Shown here: in pieces, positions 1 through 10,571 of the stretch
How positions within the stretch are numbered: the first letter of the stretch is position 1
Layout of the letters: the number at the start of each line of letters is the position of its first letter
Origin: a virus
Taxonomy: Duplodnaviria > Heunggongvirae > Uroviricota > Caudoviricetes
DNA: 31,670 bases
Strand: one strand, 5' to 3'
Virus record (IMG/VR): IMGVR_UViG_649989948_000010
Span: 1 to 31,670 of that record
Program-made: the position numbers and the translations under genes
The notes under the pieces: generated by a model
The model's input: only the letters and a program-made list of their open reading frames with translations
The model's database searches: none
What the model was told of the DNA's origin: nothing

Positions 1-104
1 TTATGTCTGCCATGTGATAACAGCATTTCTCATAAATGATTAAATGTCGTAGCTGGAGTACACTACAAGGCGACAATTGCGCAAATTAAAATAAAGGAGA
101 CGGG

Positions 105-1205
105 ATGAGCGAGTCCAAATCGCCGGATGCCCTGAGAGCAATGGTAGCCGGTACGCTGGCTAATTTTCAGCACCCAACCCTGAAACACAACCTGACTACG
201 CTTAAAGCGTTACACCATGTTGCGTTGATGGATGACACACTGCATGTCGAACTAATCATGCCTTTCGTGTGGAATAAGCCTTTTGAAGACCTGAAAGAGC
301 AATGTAGTGGTGATCTGCTCCGTATCACTGGCGCAAAGGCTATTGACTGGAAGCTGTCGTACAACATTGCCACGCTTAAGCGCGTCAAAAACCAACCAGG
401 CATTAATGGCGTTAAGAACATTATCGCCGTCAGCTCAGGCAAGGGCGGCGTGGGTAAATCCTCCACGGCGGTAAATCTGGCACTGGCGTTGGCTGCTGAA
501 GGTGCGAAAGTTGGTATTTTGGATGCCGATATCTACGGGCCATCAATTCCAACCATGCTGGGCGCGGAAAACCAACGTCCAACCTCACCGGACGGTACTC
601 ACATGGCACCTATCATGTCTCATGGCCTGGCAACCAACTCTATTGGTTATCTGGTCACCGACGACAATGCAATGGTGTGGCGTGGACCGATGGCCAGCAA
701 GGCGCTGATGCAGATGTTGCAGGAAACACTGTGGCCTGATCTGGACTATCTTGTTCTCGATATGCCGCCGGGCACTGGTGATATTCAGTTGACGCTGGCG
801 CAGAACATTCCTGTAACTGGTGCTGTTGTGGTAACTACGCCGCAAGACATCGCGCTGATCGATGCGAAGAAAGGCATTGTGATGTTCGAAAAAGTCGAAG
901 TGCCGGTACTGGGTATCGTCGAAAACATGAGTGTGCATATTTGCAGTAACTGCGGTCATCACGAGCCAATTTTTGGCACCGGTGGCGCAGAGAAACTGGC
1001 CGAGAAATACAACACGCAGTTGTTAGGCCAAATGCCACTTCATATCTCTCTTCGTGAAGATCTGGATAACGGAACACCAACCGTTATTAGTCGTCCAGAT
1101 AGCGAATTTACGGCTATTTATCGTGACCTCGCAGATCGCGTTGCTGCCCAAATGTATTGGCAAGGCGAAGTAATACCTGGAGAGATCGCATTCCGCGCAG
1201 TGTGA
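105..1205 (+). CDS. apbC: Fe-S cluster carrier ATPase ApbC/Mrp
   Basis: 366 aa; P-loop GKGGVGKSS, Mrp/NBP35 CxxC motif (CSNCGH); near-identical by recall to E. coli ApbC; AAGGAG RBS 6 nt before ATG. Confidence 0.95.
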   Translation: MSESKSPDALRAMVAGTLANFQHPTLKHNLTTLKALHHVALMDDTLHVELIMPFVWNKPFEDLKEQCSGDLLRITGAKAIDWKLSYNIATLKRVKNQPGINGVKNIIAVSSGKGGVGKSSTAVNLALALAAEGAKVGILDADIYGPSIPTMLGAENQRPTSPDGTHMAPIMSHGLATNSIGYLVTDDNAMVWRGPMASKALMQMLQETLWPDLDYLVLDMPPGTGDIQLTLAQNIPVTGAVVVTTPQDIALIDAKKGIVMFEKVEVPVLGIVENMSVHICSNCGHHEPIFGTGGAEKLAEKYNTQLLGQMPLHISLREDLDNGTPTVISRPDSEFTAIYRDLADRVAAQMYWQGEVIPGEIAFRAV

Positions 1206-1210
1206 TAAAA

Positions 1211-1229
1211 AGGCGGTGCATTGCACCGC
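1211..1229. terminator. Bidirectional intrinsic terminator between convergent apbC and UmuD'-like gene
   Basis: Perfect 9-bp inverted repeat GGCGGTGCA/TGCACCGCC; A-run on one side, giving a U-run on the minus-strand transcript. Confidence 0.5.
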
Positions 1230-1242
1230 CTAATCAGTTCTC

Positions 1243-1632
1243 CTACATCACGGGACAATCATCAAACTCGCCACTTCTTGCGTCGTTGATAATGTGAGTG
1301 ATCACACCAAACACGGCATTGCTGCCCGTGCATCCATCGTCATCCTTTGGCAATGCTTCCTTCTTACCGGTTCTTAAATCCTCCAGATGCTGACGTGGAT
1401 ACTTCCGGTATCTTTTTACGCGATATTCCCCATCCAGAGCGCATACAAGCAGAGAACCATCAACCGGGGTAAGTGAGGAATCGACCACCAGCAATGCACC
1501 CTGTAATATTCCCTCACGATGATGACTATCAGCTGCCCTCATGAAGTAGGTCGCTGAAGGATGTCTAATTATCTGCTGATCAAGAGAAATACGGCTCTCA
1601 GCATAATCCGCCGCAGGAGAAGGGAAGCCCAT
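1243..1632 (-). CDS. UmuD'-like S24 peptidase-family protein, naturally lacking the UmuD N-terminal arm
   Basis: 129 aa starting MGFPSPAADY, i.e. at the position of the UmuD Cys24-Gly25 cleavage site; Ser (ADSH) and Lys (VKRY) of the catalytic dyad retained; in-frame TGA directly upstream rules out a longer form; GAGG RBS. Confidence 0.7.
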   Translation of the reverse strand: MGFPSPAADYAESRISLDQQIIRHPSATYFMRAADSHHREGILQGALLVVDSSLTPVDGSLLVCALDGEYRVKRYRKYPRQHLEDLRTGKKEALPKDDDGCTGSNAVFGVITHIINDARSGEFDDCPVM

Positions 1633-1650
1633 AGCGTTTTCACCTCAGAA

Positions 1651-1670
1651 TACTGTTTATCCATACAGTA
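1651..1670 (-). promoter_or_regulatory. LexA (SOS) box upstream of the UmuD'-like gene
   Basis: Minus-strand TACTGTATGGATAAACAGTA matches CTGT-N8-ACAG; centred about 28 nt upstream of the ATG and overlapping a candidate -10 TATACT. Confidence 0.6.
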
Positions 1671-2334
1671 TACATTAAAGATGCTTGAAGTGTGCAATAG
1701 CGCGATGCTTTGCGCTCGCCTGGTGGCGCGTTATTTTTTGGCTATATCTTCTTTCTGATATACCGGATCGTTTCCTTTTGGCAGCAGGAGGCTTAACTAC
1801 CGGTAGTGCCGTAGCCGTTCCATGAAATAGGTGCGCAGGTTCTCAGGTTGCTCACGGGCTACCTGTTCCGCTATGACGGGTATGTTCAATCGCTCTTTGT
1901 AGGCAACCCCCCCTGGCAGCCAGGTCAACGTTAACTTTATTCCTTTCTTCCTGGCTTTTAGCTGCTATGTTCCAGTTGCTCATGTTTAAGGCTCACATTT
2001 CCAGATGGTATTCTGAACACCCGAACCGGGCGTAAGATGAGGGTTAGCGTTCGCACTATGCTGATATACAGCTTTGGACTTTCCATATTGCTGACAGGCT
2101 TTATCTGCGGTTTTTTGCAGGCTATCCAGCCCATACCAGCCATCAGACTGGATGCTTACCTTTTCACCGTCATTGTATTGCACCATCGCGCCCCCAAACA
2201 TAGCTATCATCGCACCGACAATACCGCTTTTCCAAAAAGCTCTAATTAGGTCATTCGTAGCCTAATGTCCGAACTGCTAAAGCATCCAAGTTGCTGTAGA
2301 ATCACCGCCAATTACATAAGCCTGAAATAAGTGG

Positions 2335-3897
2335 ATGAAAATGACAAGTATTCAACAACGTGCAGAGCTTCATCGTCAAATCTGGCAAATTGCTAACGAT
2401 GTCAGGGGTTCGGTCGATGGATGGGATTTTAAGCAATACGTTCTGGGCGCACTTTTCTACCGTTTTATCAGCGAAAATTTTTCCAGCTATATTGAAGCCG
2501 GTGATGACAGTATCTGTTATGCGAAACTGGATGACAGCGTAATTACTGATGACATTAAAGACGATGCCATCAAAACCAAAGGTTACTTCATCTACCCAAG
2601 TCAGCTTTTCTGCAACGTAGCTGCGAAAGCAAATACCAATGACAGACTGAATGCAGATTTAAACAGCATCTTCGTTGCTATCGAAAGTTCTGCTTACGGT
2701 TACCCTTCAGAAGCTGACATCAAAGGTTTGTTTGCTGATTTCGATACCACCAGTAACCGCCTGGGTAACACCGTTAAGGATAAAAATGCCCGCCTGGCTG
2801 CGGTTCTGAAAGGGGTTGAAGGGTTAAAGCTTGGCGACTTTAACGAACATCAGATTGACCTGTTCGGCGATGCCTATGAGTTCCTGATTTCTAACTATGC
2901 CGCGAATGCTGGTAAGTCAGGCGGCGAGTTCTTTACACCGCAGCACGTCTCTAAGCTGATTGCACAACTGGCTATGCACGGGCAGACCCACGTTAACAAA
3001 ATCTACGACCCGGCCGCAGGTTCCGGTTCGCTGTTGTTGCAGGCGAAAAAGCAGTTTGATGACCATATCATCGAAGAAGGCTTTTTTGGTCAGGAGATCA
3101 ACCATACGACCTATAACCTGGCGCGTATGAACATGTTTTTGCACAACATCAACTACGACAAGTTTGATATCAAGTTGGGCAATACGCTGACTGAGCCGCA
3201 CTTCAGAGATGAAAAACCGTTTGATGCCATCGTTTCTAACCCGCCGTATTCGGTGAAATGGATTGGCAGCGATGACCCGACGCTGATTAACGATGAACGT
3301 TTTGCCCCGGCTGGCGTTCTGGCCCCCAAATCCAAAGCTGACTTTGCGTTTGTATTACATGCGCTGAACTATCTTTCGGCCAAAGGTCGCGCTGCGATTG
3401 TCTGCTTCCCAGGCATTTTTTACCGTGGCGGCGCGGAGCAGAAAATCCGTCAGTATCTGGTCGACAATAACTATGTCGAAACCGTGATTTCACTGGCACC
3501 GAATCTGTTCTTTGGCACCACTATTGCCGTCAATATTCTGGTGCTGTCTAAACATAAAACGGATACCAAAGTTCAGTTTATTGATGCCAGCGAACTGTTC
3601 AAAAAAGAGACTAACAACAACATTCTGACCGATGCTCATATCGAACAGATTATGCAGGTATTTGCCAGCAAGGAAGATGTTGCTCATCTGGCGAAATCTG
3701 TTGCGTTTGAGACTGTTGTCGCGAATGACTATAACCTGTCGGTGAGCAGCTATGTGGAAGCGAAAGATACTCGCGAAATTATCGATATCGCTGAGCTGAA
3801 TGCTGAGCTGAAAACCACGGTCAGCAAAATCGACCAGTTGCGTAAAGATATTGATGCGATTGTTGCTGAGATTGAAGGTAGCGAGGTACAGGCATGA
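2335..3897 (+). CDS. hsdM: Type I restriction-modification methyltransferase subunit HsdM (type IC-like)
   Basis: 520 aa; N6-adenine MTase motifs ([12 protein letters not shown]); N-terminus matches the EcoR124-family HsdM as I recall it; 4-bp ATGA overlap with hsdS. Confidence 0.93.
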   Translation: MKMTSIQQRAELHRQIWQIANDVRGSVDGWDFKQYVLGALFYRFISENFSSYIEAGDDSICYAKLDDSVITDDIKDDAIKTKGYFIYPSQLFCNVAAKANTNDRLNADLNSIFVAIESSAYGYPSEADIKGLFADFDTTSNRLGNTVKDKNARLAAVLKGVEGLKLGDFNEHQIDLFGDAYEFLISNYAANAGKSGGEFFTPQHVSKLIAQLAMHGQTHVNKIYDPAAGSGSLLLQAKKQFDDHIIEEGFFGQEINHTTYNLARMNMFLHNINYDKFDIKLGNTLTEPHFRDEKPFDAIVSNPPYSVKWIGSDDPTLINDERFAPAGVLAPKSKADFAFVLHALNYLSAKGRAAIVCFPGIFYRGGAEQKIRQYLVDNNYVETVISLAPNLFFGTTIAVNILVLSKHKTDTKVQFIDASELFKKETNNNILTDAHIEQIMQVFASKEDVAHLAKSVAFETVVANDYNLSVSSYVEAKDTREIIDIAELNAELKTTVSKIDQLRKDIDAIVAEIEGSEVQA

Positions 3898-5141
3898 GCG
3901 AGCTGAGTTATCTGGAAAAACTGCTGGATGGGGCTGAGGTTGAGTGGGTAGCATTAAATAAATTAGCAACTTTTTTAAAAGGGAAGTCTTTACCTAAAGA
4001 AAAAATAACTCCAGATGGCAATAGATATTGTATTCATTACGGTGAGCTTTTCACTCATTATGGTCCCATAATTGACAAAGTATGCTCAAAAACAAACCAA
4101 GCAATCAATGAGTCAATTCTATCTGAAAAAAATGATGTTCTAATGCCAACGTCAGACGTTACACCAAGAGGTTTGGCTACAGCTAGTTGCATTCAAGAAA
4201 GTGGCGTTATTTTAGGCGGCGATATTTTGATTATTAGATGCTCTGGTGTTGATGGTAGATATCTAAGTAATTTCATAATAAATAACAAAAAAAAGATATT
4301 GCAAATGGTTAAAGGTTCTACTGTTTATCATTTGTATGCTAAAGATATAGGTAAATTACTTATCCCCATCCCTTGCCCCAACAACCCGGAAAAGTCGCTG
4401 GCTATCCAGTCTGAAATCGTCAGGATTCTGGATAAATTTACTGCACTTACCGCTGAGCTTACCGCTGAGCTTAGCATGCGTAAAAAACAATACAACTACT
4501 ATCGCGACCAGTTGTTGAGTTTTAAAGAGGGTGAGGTTGAGTGGAAAGCTTTGGGGGAAATTGGTGAAGTTCGTATGTGTAAACGAATCCTAAAATCACA
4601 AACATCTTCTGAGGGAGAGATTCCATTTTATAAAATTGGGACATTTGGTAAGGAACCCGATTCCTATATATCTAGAAAACTATTTAATGAATTTAAAGAA
4701 AAATATAGTTATCCTAAAGTTGGCGAAGTATTGATTTCTGCCAGTGGGACCATCGGCAGGACTGTTATATTTGATGGTAGGGAATCATATTTCCAGGATA
4801 GCAATATTGTCTGGATTGAAAATAATGAAAAAATAGTTTTAAATAAATATTTATTCTATTTCTATAAAATAGCAAAATGGGGAATATCTGAAGGTGGAAC
4901 TATTAAAAGACTTTATAATGATAACTTAAGAAAACTTATGATACCAGTACCATTTCCTGATTCTCCTGAAAGATCGCTAGTTGAACAACAAAAAATAGTG
5001 AAATTACTGGATAAATTTGATGCTTTGACCAATTCCATCACCGAAGGTCTTCCGCGTGAAATCGAGTTGCGCCAGAAACAATACGAGTACTATCGTGATT
5101 TACTGTTCAGTTTTCCCAAACCTGAAACTATCAGTAACTAA
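3894..5141 (+). CDS. hsdS: Type I restriction-modification specificity subunit HsdS
   Basis: 415 aa; conserved central ([16 protein letters not shown]) and C-terminal ([37 protein letters not shown]) regions flanking two AT-rich variable domains. Confidence 0.9.
   Translation: MSELSYLEKLLDGAEVEWVALNKLATFLKGKSLPKEKITPDGNRYCIHYGELFTHYGPIIDKVCSKTNQAINESILSEKNDVLMPTSDVTPRGLATASCIQESGVILGGDILIIRCSGVDGRYLSNFIINNKKKILQMVKGSTVYHLYAKDIGKLLIPIPCPNNPEKSLAIQSEIVRILDKFTALTAELTAELSMRKKQYNYYRDQLLSFKEGEVEWKALGEIGEVRMCKRILKSQTSSEGEIPFYKIGTFGKEPDSYISRKLFNEFKEKYSYPKVGEVLISASGTIGRTVIFDGRESYFQDSNIVWIENNEKIVLNKYLFYFYKIAKWGISEGGTIKRLYNDNLRKLMIPVPFPDSPERSLVEQQKIVKLLDKFDALTNSITEGLPREIELRQKQYEYYRDLLFSFPKPETISN
4448..4471 (+). 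repeat. Tandem 12-bp repeat (TACCGCTGAGCT x2) encoding TAEL-TAEL in the HsdS central spacer
   Basis: Direct tandem duplication read in the sequence; repeat number in this spacer sets recognition-site spacing in type IC systems. Confidence 0.85.
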
Positions 5142-5262
5142 TTGACCATTGCTACCGACCGGATCACCTTAACATCCGGTCTATATAGAGACTATTTTTT
5201 ACACGCCGGAAGTCGCCCTTAAAGCCCTTCCGGCCCTTGCCAGACGGCACAAAGGATGCGCT

Positions 5263-8200
5263 ATGACTCATCAGACACACACCATTGCTGAATCCAATAA
5301 CTTTATCGTTCTTGATAAGTACATCAAAGCCGAGCAAACAGGCGACAGCTACCAGAGCGAATCGGACCTGGAACGTGAACTGATTCAGGATCTGCGGAAT
5401 CAGGGCTATGAATTTATTTCCGTAAAATCTCAGTCGGCGATGCTGGCCAACGTTCGGGAACAGCTTCAGAACCTCAATGGTGTGGTGTTTAATGACAGCG
5501 AATGGCGGCGTTTCACGGAGCAGTATCTGGATAACCCGAGCGATGGCATCCTGGATAAGACCCGTAAAATCCATATCGACTATATTTGCGACTTTATTTT
5601 TGATGACGAGCGTCTTGAGAACATCTATTTGATAGATAAAAAGAATCTCATGCGCAACAAGGTGCAGATTATCCAGCAGTTTGAACAGACGGGTTCTCAT
5701 GCTAACCGTTATGACGTCACGATCCTGGTTAATGGCTTACCGCTGGTACAAATCGAACTGAAAAAGCGCGGCGTGGCGATTCGTGAGGCCTTTAACCAGA
5801 TACATCGTTACAGCAAAGAGAGTTTTAACAGCGAAAATTCTCTGTTTAAGTATCTGCAACTGTTTGTCATTTCCAACGGCACCGATACCCGTTACTTTGC
5901 CAACACGACAAAGCGCGATAAAAACAGTTTTGACTTCACCATGAATTGGGCGAAATCAGACAACACGCTGATTAAAGACCTCAAAGACTTTACCGCCACC
6001 TTTTTCCAGAAACATACCCTGCTTAATGTCTTAGTGAACTACAGCGTATTCGATGTTAGCCAAACGCTACTGGTGATGCGACCGTACCAGATTGCCGCCA
6101 CTGAGCGCATTCTGTGGAAAATTAAGAGTTCCTTTACAGCGAAGAACTGGTCAAAACCGGAAAGCGGTGGGTATATCTGGCACACTACCGGTTCAGGTAA
6201 AACCCTCACCAGCTTTAAAGCCGCGCGTCTGGCAACAGAGCTGGACTTTATTGATAAAGTCTTCTTCGTGGTCGACAGGAAAGACCTCGATTACCAGACC
6301 ATGAATGAATATAAGCGTTTTTCGCCAGACAGCGTCAACGGCTCGGAAAATACCGCAGGTCTTAAACGCAATCTGGATAAGGACGATAACAAAATTATCG
6401 TCACCACTATTCAGAAACTTAATAACCTGATGAAAGCAGAAAGCGACCTGCCTGTATACAATCAGCAAGTGGTGTTTATATTTGATGAATGTCACCGCAG
6501 CCAGTTTGGAGAAGCGCAGAAAAACCTGAAGAAGAAATTCAAACGCTATTATCAGTTTGGTTTTACCGGCACACCTATTTTCCCGGAAAACGCCTTAGGC
6601 TCAGAAACGACCGCCAGCGTATTTGGTCGTGAATTGCATTCGTATGTAATTACCGATGCGATTCGTGATGAAAAAGTGCTCAAATTCAAGGTGGACTACA
6701 ACGATGTGCGGCCACAGTTTAAATCTTTAGAGACAGAAACCGACGAGAAAAAACTGAGTGCGGCTGAAAATCAGCAGGCATTTCTTCATCCCATGCGTAT
6801 ACAGGAAATTACGCAATATATTCTGAATAACTTCCGCCAGAAGACCCACCGTACTTTCCCAGGTTCCAAAGGCTTTAATGCCATGCTGGCAGTGAGTAGC
6901 GTGGATGCCGCGAAAGCCTATTACGCGACGTTTAAACGGTTACAAGAGGAAGCAGCTAATAAATCGGCTACCTATAAACCGCTGCGTGTTGCAACAATCT
7001 TCTCCTTTGCCGCCAATGAAGAACAAAATGCCATTGGTGAAATTTCCGATGAAACTTTTGATACCAGCGCAATGGACAGCAGTGCTAAAGAGTTTCTTGA
7101 CGCTGCAATTCGTGAGTATAACAGCTATTTTAAAACTAACTTCAGCACCGACAGTAACGGTTTTCAGAACTACTATCGTGATTTAGCCCAACGGGTTAAA
7201 AATCAGGATATCGATCTGTTAATTGTCGTTGGGATGTTTTTAACCGGCTTCGACGCTCCAACATTGAACACGCTATTCGTCGATAAAAACTTGCGTTTTC
7301 ACGGCCTGATGCAGGCATTCTCCCGTACCAACCGCATTTATGACGCTACTAAAACCTTCGGTAACATCGTCACTTTTCGGGATCTGGAACGCTCAACCAT
7401 TGATGCCATAACGCTGTTTGGTGATAAAAATACTAAAAATGTGGTGTTAGAAAAGAGTTATGCTGAGTATATGGAAGGCTTTACAGATGCTGCCACTGGT
7501 GAAGCTAAACGCGGCTTTATGGCAGTAGTTTCAGAACTGGAACAACGGTTCCCTGACCCTGCCAGTATTGAAAGTGAAAAAGAGAAGAAAGACTTCGTAA
7601 AACTGTTTGGTGAATACCTGCGTGCCGAGAACATCCTGCAAAACTATGATGAATTTGCCACGCTGAAAGCCCTGCAACAAATCGATCTTAGCGATCCTGT
7701 TGCGGTAGAAAAATTCAAAGCAGAACATTATGTGGATGATGAAAAGTTCGCTGAATTGCAAACAATTCGTCTCCCTGCTGAACGCAAGATTCAGGATTAT
7801 CGTTCTGCCTATAACGATATTCGCGACTGGCAGCGCCGTGAGAAAGAAGCTGAGAAAAAAGAGAAATCAACCACTGACTGGGATGACGTAGTTTTTGAGG
7901 TCGATTTGCTGAAGTCTCAGGAAATAAACCTGGATTATATCCTTGGACTGATTTTCGAACACAACAGACAAAATAAAGGCAAGGGCGAAATGATCGAAGA
8001 GGTCAAACGCTTAATTCGTTCAAGCCTGGGGAACCGGGCGAAAGAGGGCCTGGTGGTCGATTTTATTCAGCAAACGAACCTGGATGATTTACCAGACAAA
8101 GCCAGTATCATTGAGGCATTCTTTACGTTTGCTCAACGCGAACAGCAACGTGAAGCAGAAGCATTGATAAAAGAAGAAAATCTCAATGAAGAGGCGGCGA

Positions 8201-8379
8201 AACGCTATATTCGCACGTCTTTAAAACGCGAATACGCCACCGAAAATGGCACAGAATTAAACGAGACATTACCAAAACTTAGTCCGTTAAACCCGCAATA
8301 TAAAACGAAAAAACAGACCGTTTTCCAGAAAATCGTCACGTTTATTGAAAAGTTCAAAGGAGTAGGTGGGCAGATATAG
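5263..8379 (+). CDS. hsdR: Type I restriction endonuclease subunit HsdR (type IC-like)
   Basis: 1038 aa; SF2 helicase motifs (TGSGKT, DECHRS), type I HsdR architecture; AGGA RBS. Confidence 0.93.
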   Translation: MTHQTHTIAESNNFIVLDKYIKAEQTGDSYQSESDLERELIQDLRNQGYEFISVKSQSAMLANVREQLQNLNGVVFNDSEWRRFTEQYLDNPSDGILDKTRKIHIDYICDFIFDDERLENIYLIDKKNLMRNKVQIIQQFEQTGSHANRYDVTILVNGLPLVQIELKKRGVAIREAFNQIHRYSKESFNSENSLFKYLQLFVISNGTDTRYFANTTKRDKNSFDFTMNWAKSDNTLIKDLKDFTATFFQKHTLLNVLVNYSVFDVSQTLLVMRPYQIAATERILWKIKSSFTAKNWSKPESGGYIWHTTGSGKTLTSFKAARLATELDFIDKVFFVVDRKDLDYQTMNEYKRFSPDSVNGSENTAGLKRNLDKDDNKIIVTTIQKLNNLMKAESDLPVYNQQVVFIFDECHRSQFGEAQKNLKKKFKRYYQFGFTGTPIFPENALGSETTASVFGRELHSYVITDAIRDEKVLKFKVDYNDVRPQFKSLETETDEKKLSAAENQQAFLHPMRIQEITQYILNNFRQKTHRTFPGSKGFNAMLAVSSVDAAKAYYATFKRLQEEAANKSATYKPLRVATIFSFAANEEQNAIGEISDETFDTSAMDSSAKEFLDAAIREYNSYFKTNFSTDSNGFQNYYRDLAQRVKNQDIDLLIVVGMFLTGFDAPTLNTLFVDKNLRFHGLMQAFSRTNRIYDATKTFGNIVTFRDLERSTIDAITLFGDKNTKNVVLEKSYAEYMEGFTDAATGEAKRGFMAVVSELEQRFPDPASIESEKEKKDFVKLFGEYLRAENILQNYDEFATLKALQQIDLSDPVAVEKFKAEHYVDDEKFAELQTIRLPAERKIQDYRSAYNDIRDWQRREKEAEKKEKSTTDWDDVVFEVDLLKSQEINLDYILGLIFEHNRQNKGKGEMIEEVKRLIRSSLGNRAKEGLVVDFIQQTNLDDLPDKASIIEAFFTFAQREQQREAEALIKEENLNEEAAKRYIRTSLKREYATENGTELNETLPKLSPLNPQYKTKKQTVFQKIVTFIEKFKGVGGQI

Positions 8380-8437
8380 TGTATTAATCTGAACCAGATC
8401 TGGCAGACATCTGTGCAAATTGCAGATAGCTGTCAGA

Positions 8438-8914
8438 TCAAACCATCGTAGGGATGTTTGTATCCACTTTGAACTCAGGTACACCAACGAACTCTTTAAC
8501 CTTCATCTGGTAGCCGGTTCTGTCAGTTTTGATGACTTCCTGTTTGCCCTCTATAAACTGCTCACGCCACTCGTCGCGACGGGAAGCTGGCATGATCAGC
8601 AAAACGTTAGTCATATCCGTGACCTTCCTCCAGTACTCGGCCCAAATATTCTGTTTCACCCATTCCAGATCGACTTTATCCAGCCAAGCTCGATTCAAAC
8701 GTGAGCGTTCTTCATCTGGTCGATGGTTCAGTTGCAGCAGGCGATTAATCATGTTGTGGCGTTCGTCGCCATAAACGAAGTCGTGAACCTGATACATGAA
8801 GGCGATCTCTTTCTCGCACTCGGCTACGATTTCGTGGATGACGTTCATTTCCTGACGATAATCGATAGCAGTGTTTGAGTTGGTATCGTCGATGATGGAA
8901 AGAGCTGTATTCAT
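8438..8914 (-). CDS. Hypothetical protein (158 aa), first gene after hsdR, convergent with it
   Basis: ORF with ATG start; contains an R-x5-H motif (RLLQLNH) that could be HEPN-like; no family recognised. Confidence 0.45.
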   Translation of the reverse strand: MNTALSIIDDTNSNTAIDYRQEMNVIHEIVAECEKEIAFMYQVHDFVYGDERHNMINRLLQLNHRPDEERSRLNRAWLDKVDLEWVKQNIWAEYWRKVTDMTNVLLIMPASRRDEWREQFIEGKQEVIKTDRTGYQMKVKEFVGVPEFKVDTNIPTMV

Positions 8915-9017
8915 AATTGCACCATTAAGAAAAGATTTGTTTAATAGTGCAATTATTTCAAAAATGAAAAGGTGCTAAATAGAAATTAACAGGCAATCCT
9001 TTAAATAAAGGTATTTG

Positions 9018-9632
9018 CTAATCATACTTTGAGGTATTTATAACCAGGATTTTGTTTGTATAAATCTTCTTAATATCCCATGTGACATTACCGGAATACC
9101 ATTGACCGTTATATACTTGGTTTCCAGTTGCACCGGTCATAGTTACATAGACAGGTCTGTCGTAATCGGTTCGTCTATAGTTATAAACCCCAACCATAGC
9201 AGGCATTACTGCGCACGGATACCCCATATCTATTGTAAATTGTGGGTCAGTAATAGTGATAAGTTTTGCATCAAGGGGCATCATCTCACCGTGATACACC
9301 ATTGCGCCTGCGCTGTTATACATGGCAATGCCATAGCCAGAATGTGGTAACACCATATCAGAAAAAGCATAAACTGTTATTGTTCCGGGGCTACCATTTA
9401 CCTGATGCAATCTGAGAGCATTGTATCCGTTACTATGTTCATGAATAAACATCATGTTCGCCTTATTGCTGCTTTTTATGAAGAAAAAGCATGATTTGTT
9501 TGATGGGATTGATGTTTGAAAAACAGAACCTTTAGATGTAGACATTGTCCCTTTATTAATCAGATTTTGCGGAGTAAATTCAGGACTCATCCACAAACTT
9601 CCATCTGATTGAGTAATTGACATCCCGAACAT
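9018..9632 (-). CDS. Hypothetical N/G/Y/T-rich protein (about 204 aa)
   Basis: AT-rich ORF; likely start MFGMSITQ with GGGGA RBS, 2 nt after the stop of the upstream 93-aa ORF. Confidence 0.4.
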   Translation of the reverse strand: MFGMSITQSDGSLWMSPEFTPQNLINKGTMSTSKGSVFQTSIPSNKSCFFFIKSSNKANMMFIHEHSNGYNALRLHQVNGSPGTITVYAFSDMVLPHSGYGIAMYNSAGAMVYHGEMMPLDAKLITITDPQFTIDMGYPCAVMPAMVGVYNYRRTDYDRPVYVTMTGATGNQVYNGQWYSGNVTWDIKKIYTNKILVINTSKYD

Positions 9633-9634
9633 AA

Positions 9635-9916
9635 TTATCCCCAGTATGTGTATATGTAAGAACCAAGCCCCGTATATAAATTTGACCAACTAACCGTATT
9701 TCCATTAATAGTAACATTTGGAACAGGTAAATTGATGTAGTTGTCGTTGTTAAGAGGCATTAATGACCACACGGCATGTAGTGATTTACCCGGTGGCGGA
9801 TTAGAGTACGTCTTAGAGCCTGATGACGCCGTAAATCGATCAAGAAAAAAAATAGGTGTAAGGAAGCCAGTAACGTTAATTCCTTTATTGTTGTAAATCC
9901 CTGTACCGTATGCCAT
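9635..9916 (-). CDS. Hypothetical N/G/Y-rich protein (93 aa)
   Basis: ATG start with AAGGGTGA RBS; abuts the downstream ORF. Confidence 0.4.
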   Translation of the reverse strand: MAYGTGIYNNKGINVTGFLTPIFFLDRFTASSGSKTYSNPPPGKSLHAVWSLMPLNNDNYINLPVPNVTINGNTVSWSNLYTGLGSYIYTYWG

Positions 9917-9970
9917 TTTTCACCCTTGTTTTTATCAACACAATATGGCCGATCATGCGGCCATATCAGA

Positions 9971-10540
9971 TCAATTAGAGCTTTGAAAGACTTTGTGTGG
10001 TTGTGTTGCGAGGTTATGTCGATGGCTTAACTCACGCATCATGTCTTCAAGGCGACTCTTTGTGTCGTCGAGTTGGTCGGCCATTGCTCCCAAAAGCTGA
10101 CGAACGGCCATCGGATCATCGCTGTTTAGTGATGGCATTTTATAACCCGCCTGAGAAGACATAAGATTGAACGCAGACATCAACATCGTTAGAGAGGATT
10201 TAAGCCCAGCAATTTCACGATCTTTGCTGGCAATAATCGCCTCACTCTTGTTAGTGTCATCAGTTCGTTGAGTCTCGCTCACCATATCCAAAGTCGCCTG
10301 CAACTTATCAGCGCGCTCTTTTTCAGCAAGATAATGAACACCGAAATGATGTGCTAAAGCTACAACCTGAGTTGGCTCTTCAAAGGTGGACTCAAAATTA
10401 AGTGCTGTAACCACTCTCTCAAATATGGAAACGTCTTCTATTCCTCGAAGAATGGCTAACATTTTGACCAGTTCATTAGCATCCATTTCTTCGAATAAGG
10501 CGTTTTGTTCATCAGCTATCGCTTTGCATTTCTTGCACAT
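9971..10540 (-). CDS. Hypothetical protein (189 aa), predicted helical
   Basis: ATG start preceded by the AGGAAAAACAC leader shared with the TerB-like and nrdB genes; palindrome AAACAAGTTGTTT 25 nt upstream. Confidence 0.5.
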   Translation of the reverse strand: MCKKCKAIADEQNALFEEMDANELVKMLAILRGIEDVSIFERVVTALNFESTFEEPTQVVALAHHFGVHYLAEKERADKLQATLDMVSETQRTDDTNKSEAIIASKDREIAGLKSSLTMLMSAFNLMSSQAGYKMPSLNSDDPMAVRQLLGAMADQLDDTKSRLEDMMRELSHRHNLATQPHKVFQSSN

Positions 10541-10558
10541 GTGTTTTTCCTAATGCTT

Positions 10559-10571
10559 AAACAAGTTGTTT
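10559..10571 (-). promoter_or_regulatory. Palindromic motif AAACAA-G-TTGTTT, 25 nt upstream of the 189-aa gene
   Basis: Perfect 6-bp inverted repeat with 1-nt spacer; same motif recurs at 11288-11300 and 22293-22305. Confidence 0.4.

Noticed and set aside
2037-2249. 70-aa hydrophobic plus-strand ORF as a type I toxin
   Set aside because: It overlaps an antisense ORF fragment of comparable quality, with no RBS or promoter evident; treated as junction debris.
5164-5700. 178-aa minus-strand ORF overlapping the start of hsdR
   Set aside because: Antisense to a strongly supported gene and its promoter region; no RBS or recognisable domain.
9018-9916. A single ~300-aa gene broken by a frameshift
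   Set aside because: The downstream ORF has its own ATG and RBS 2 nt after the upstream stop, so two adjacent genes is the simpler reading.
10551-10560. T4 MotA-box-like sequence (AATGCTTAA) as a middle promoter
   Set aside because: It is on the plus strand while the adjacent genes are on the minus strand, and only one of the three palindrome sites carries it; probably coincidental.
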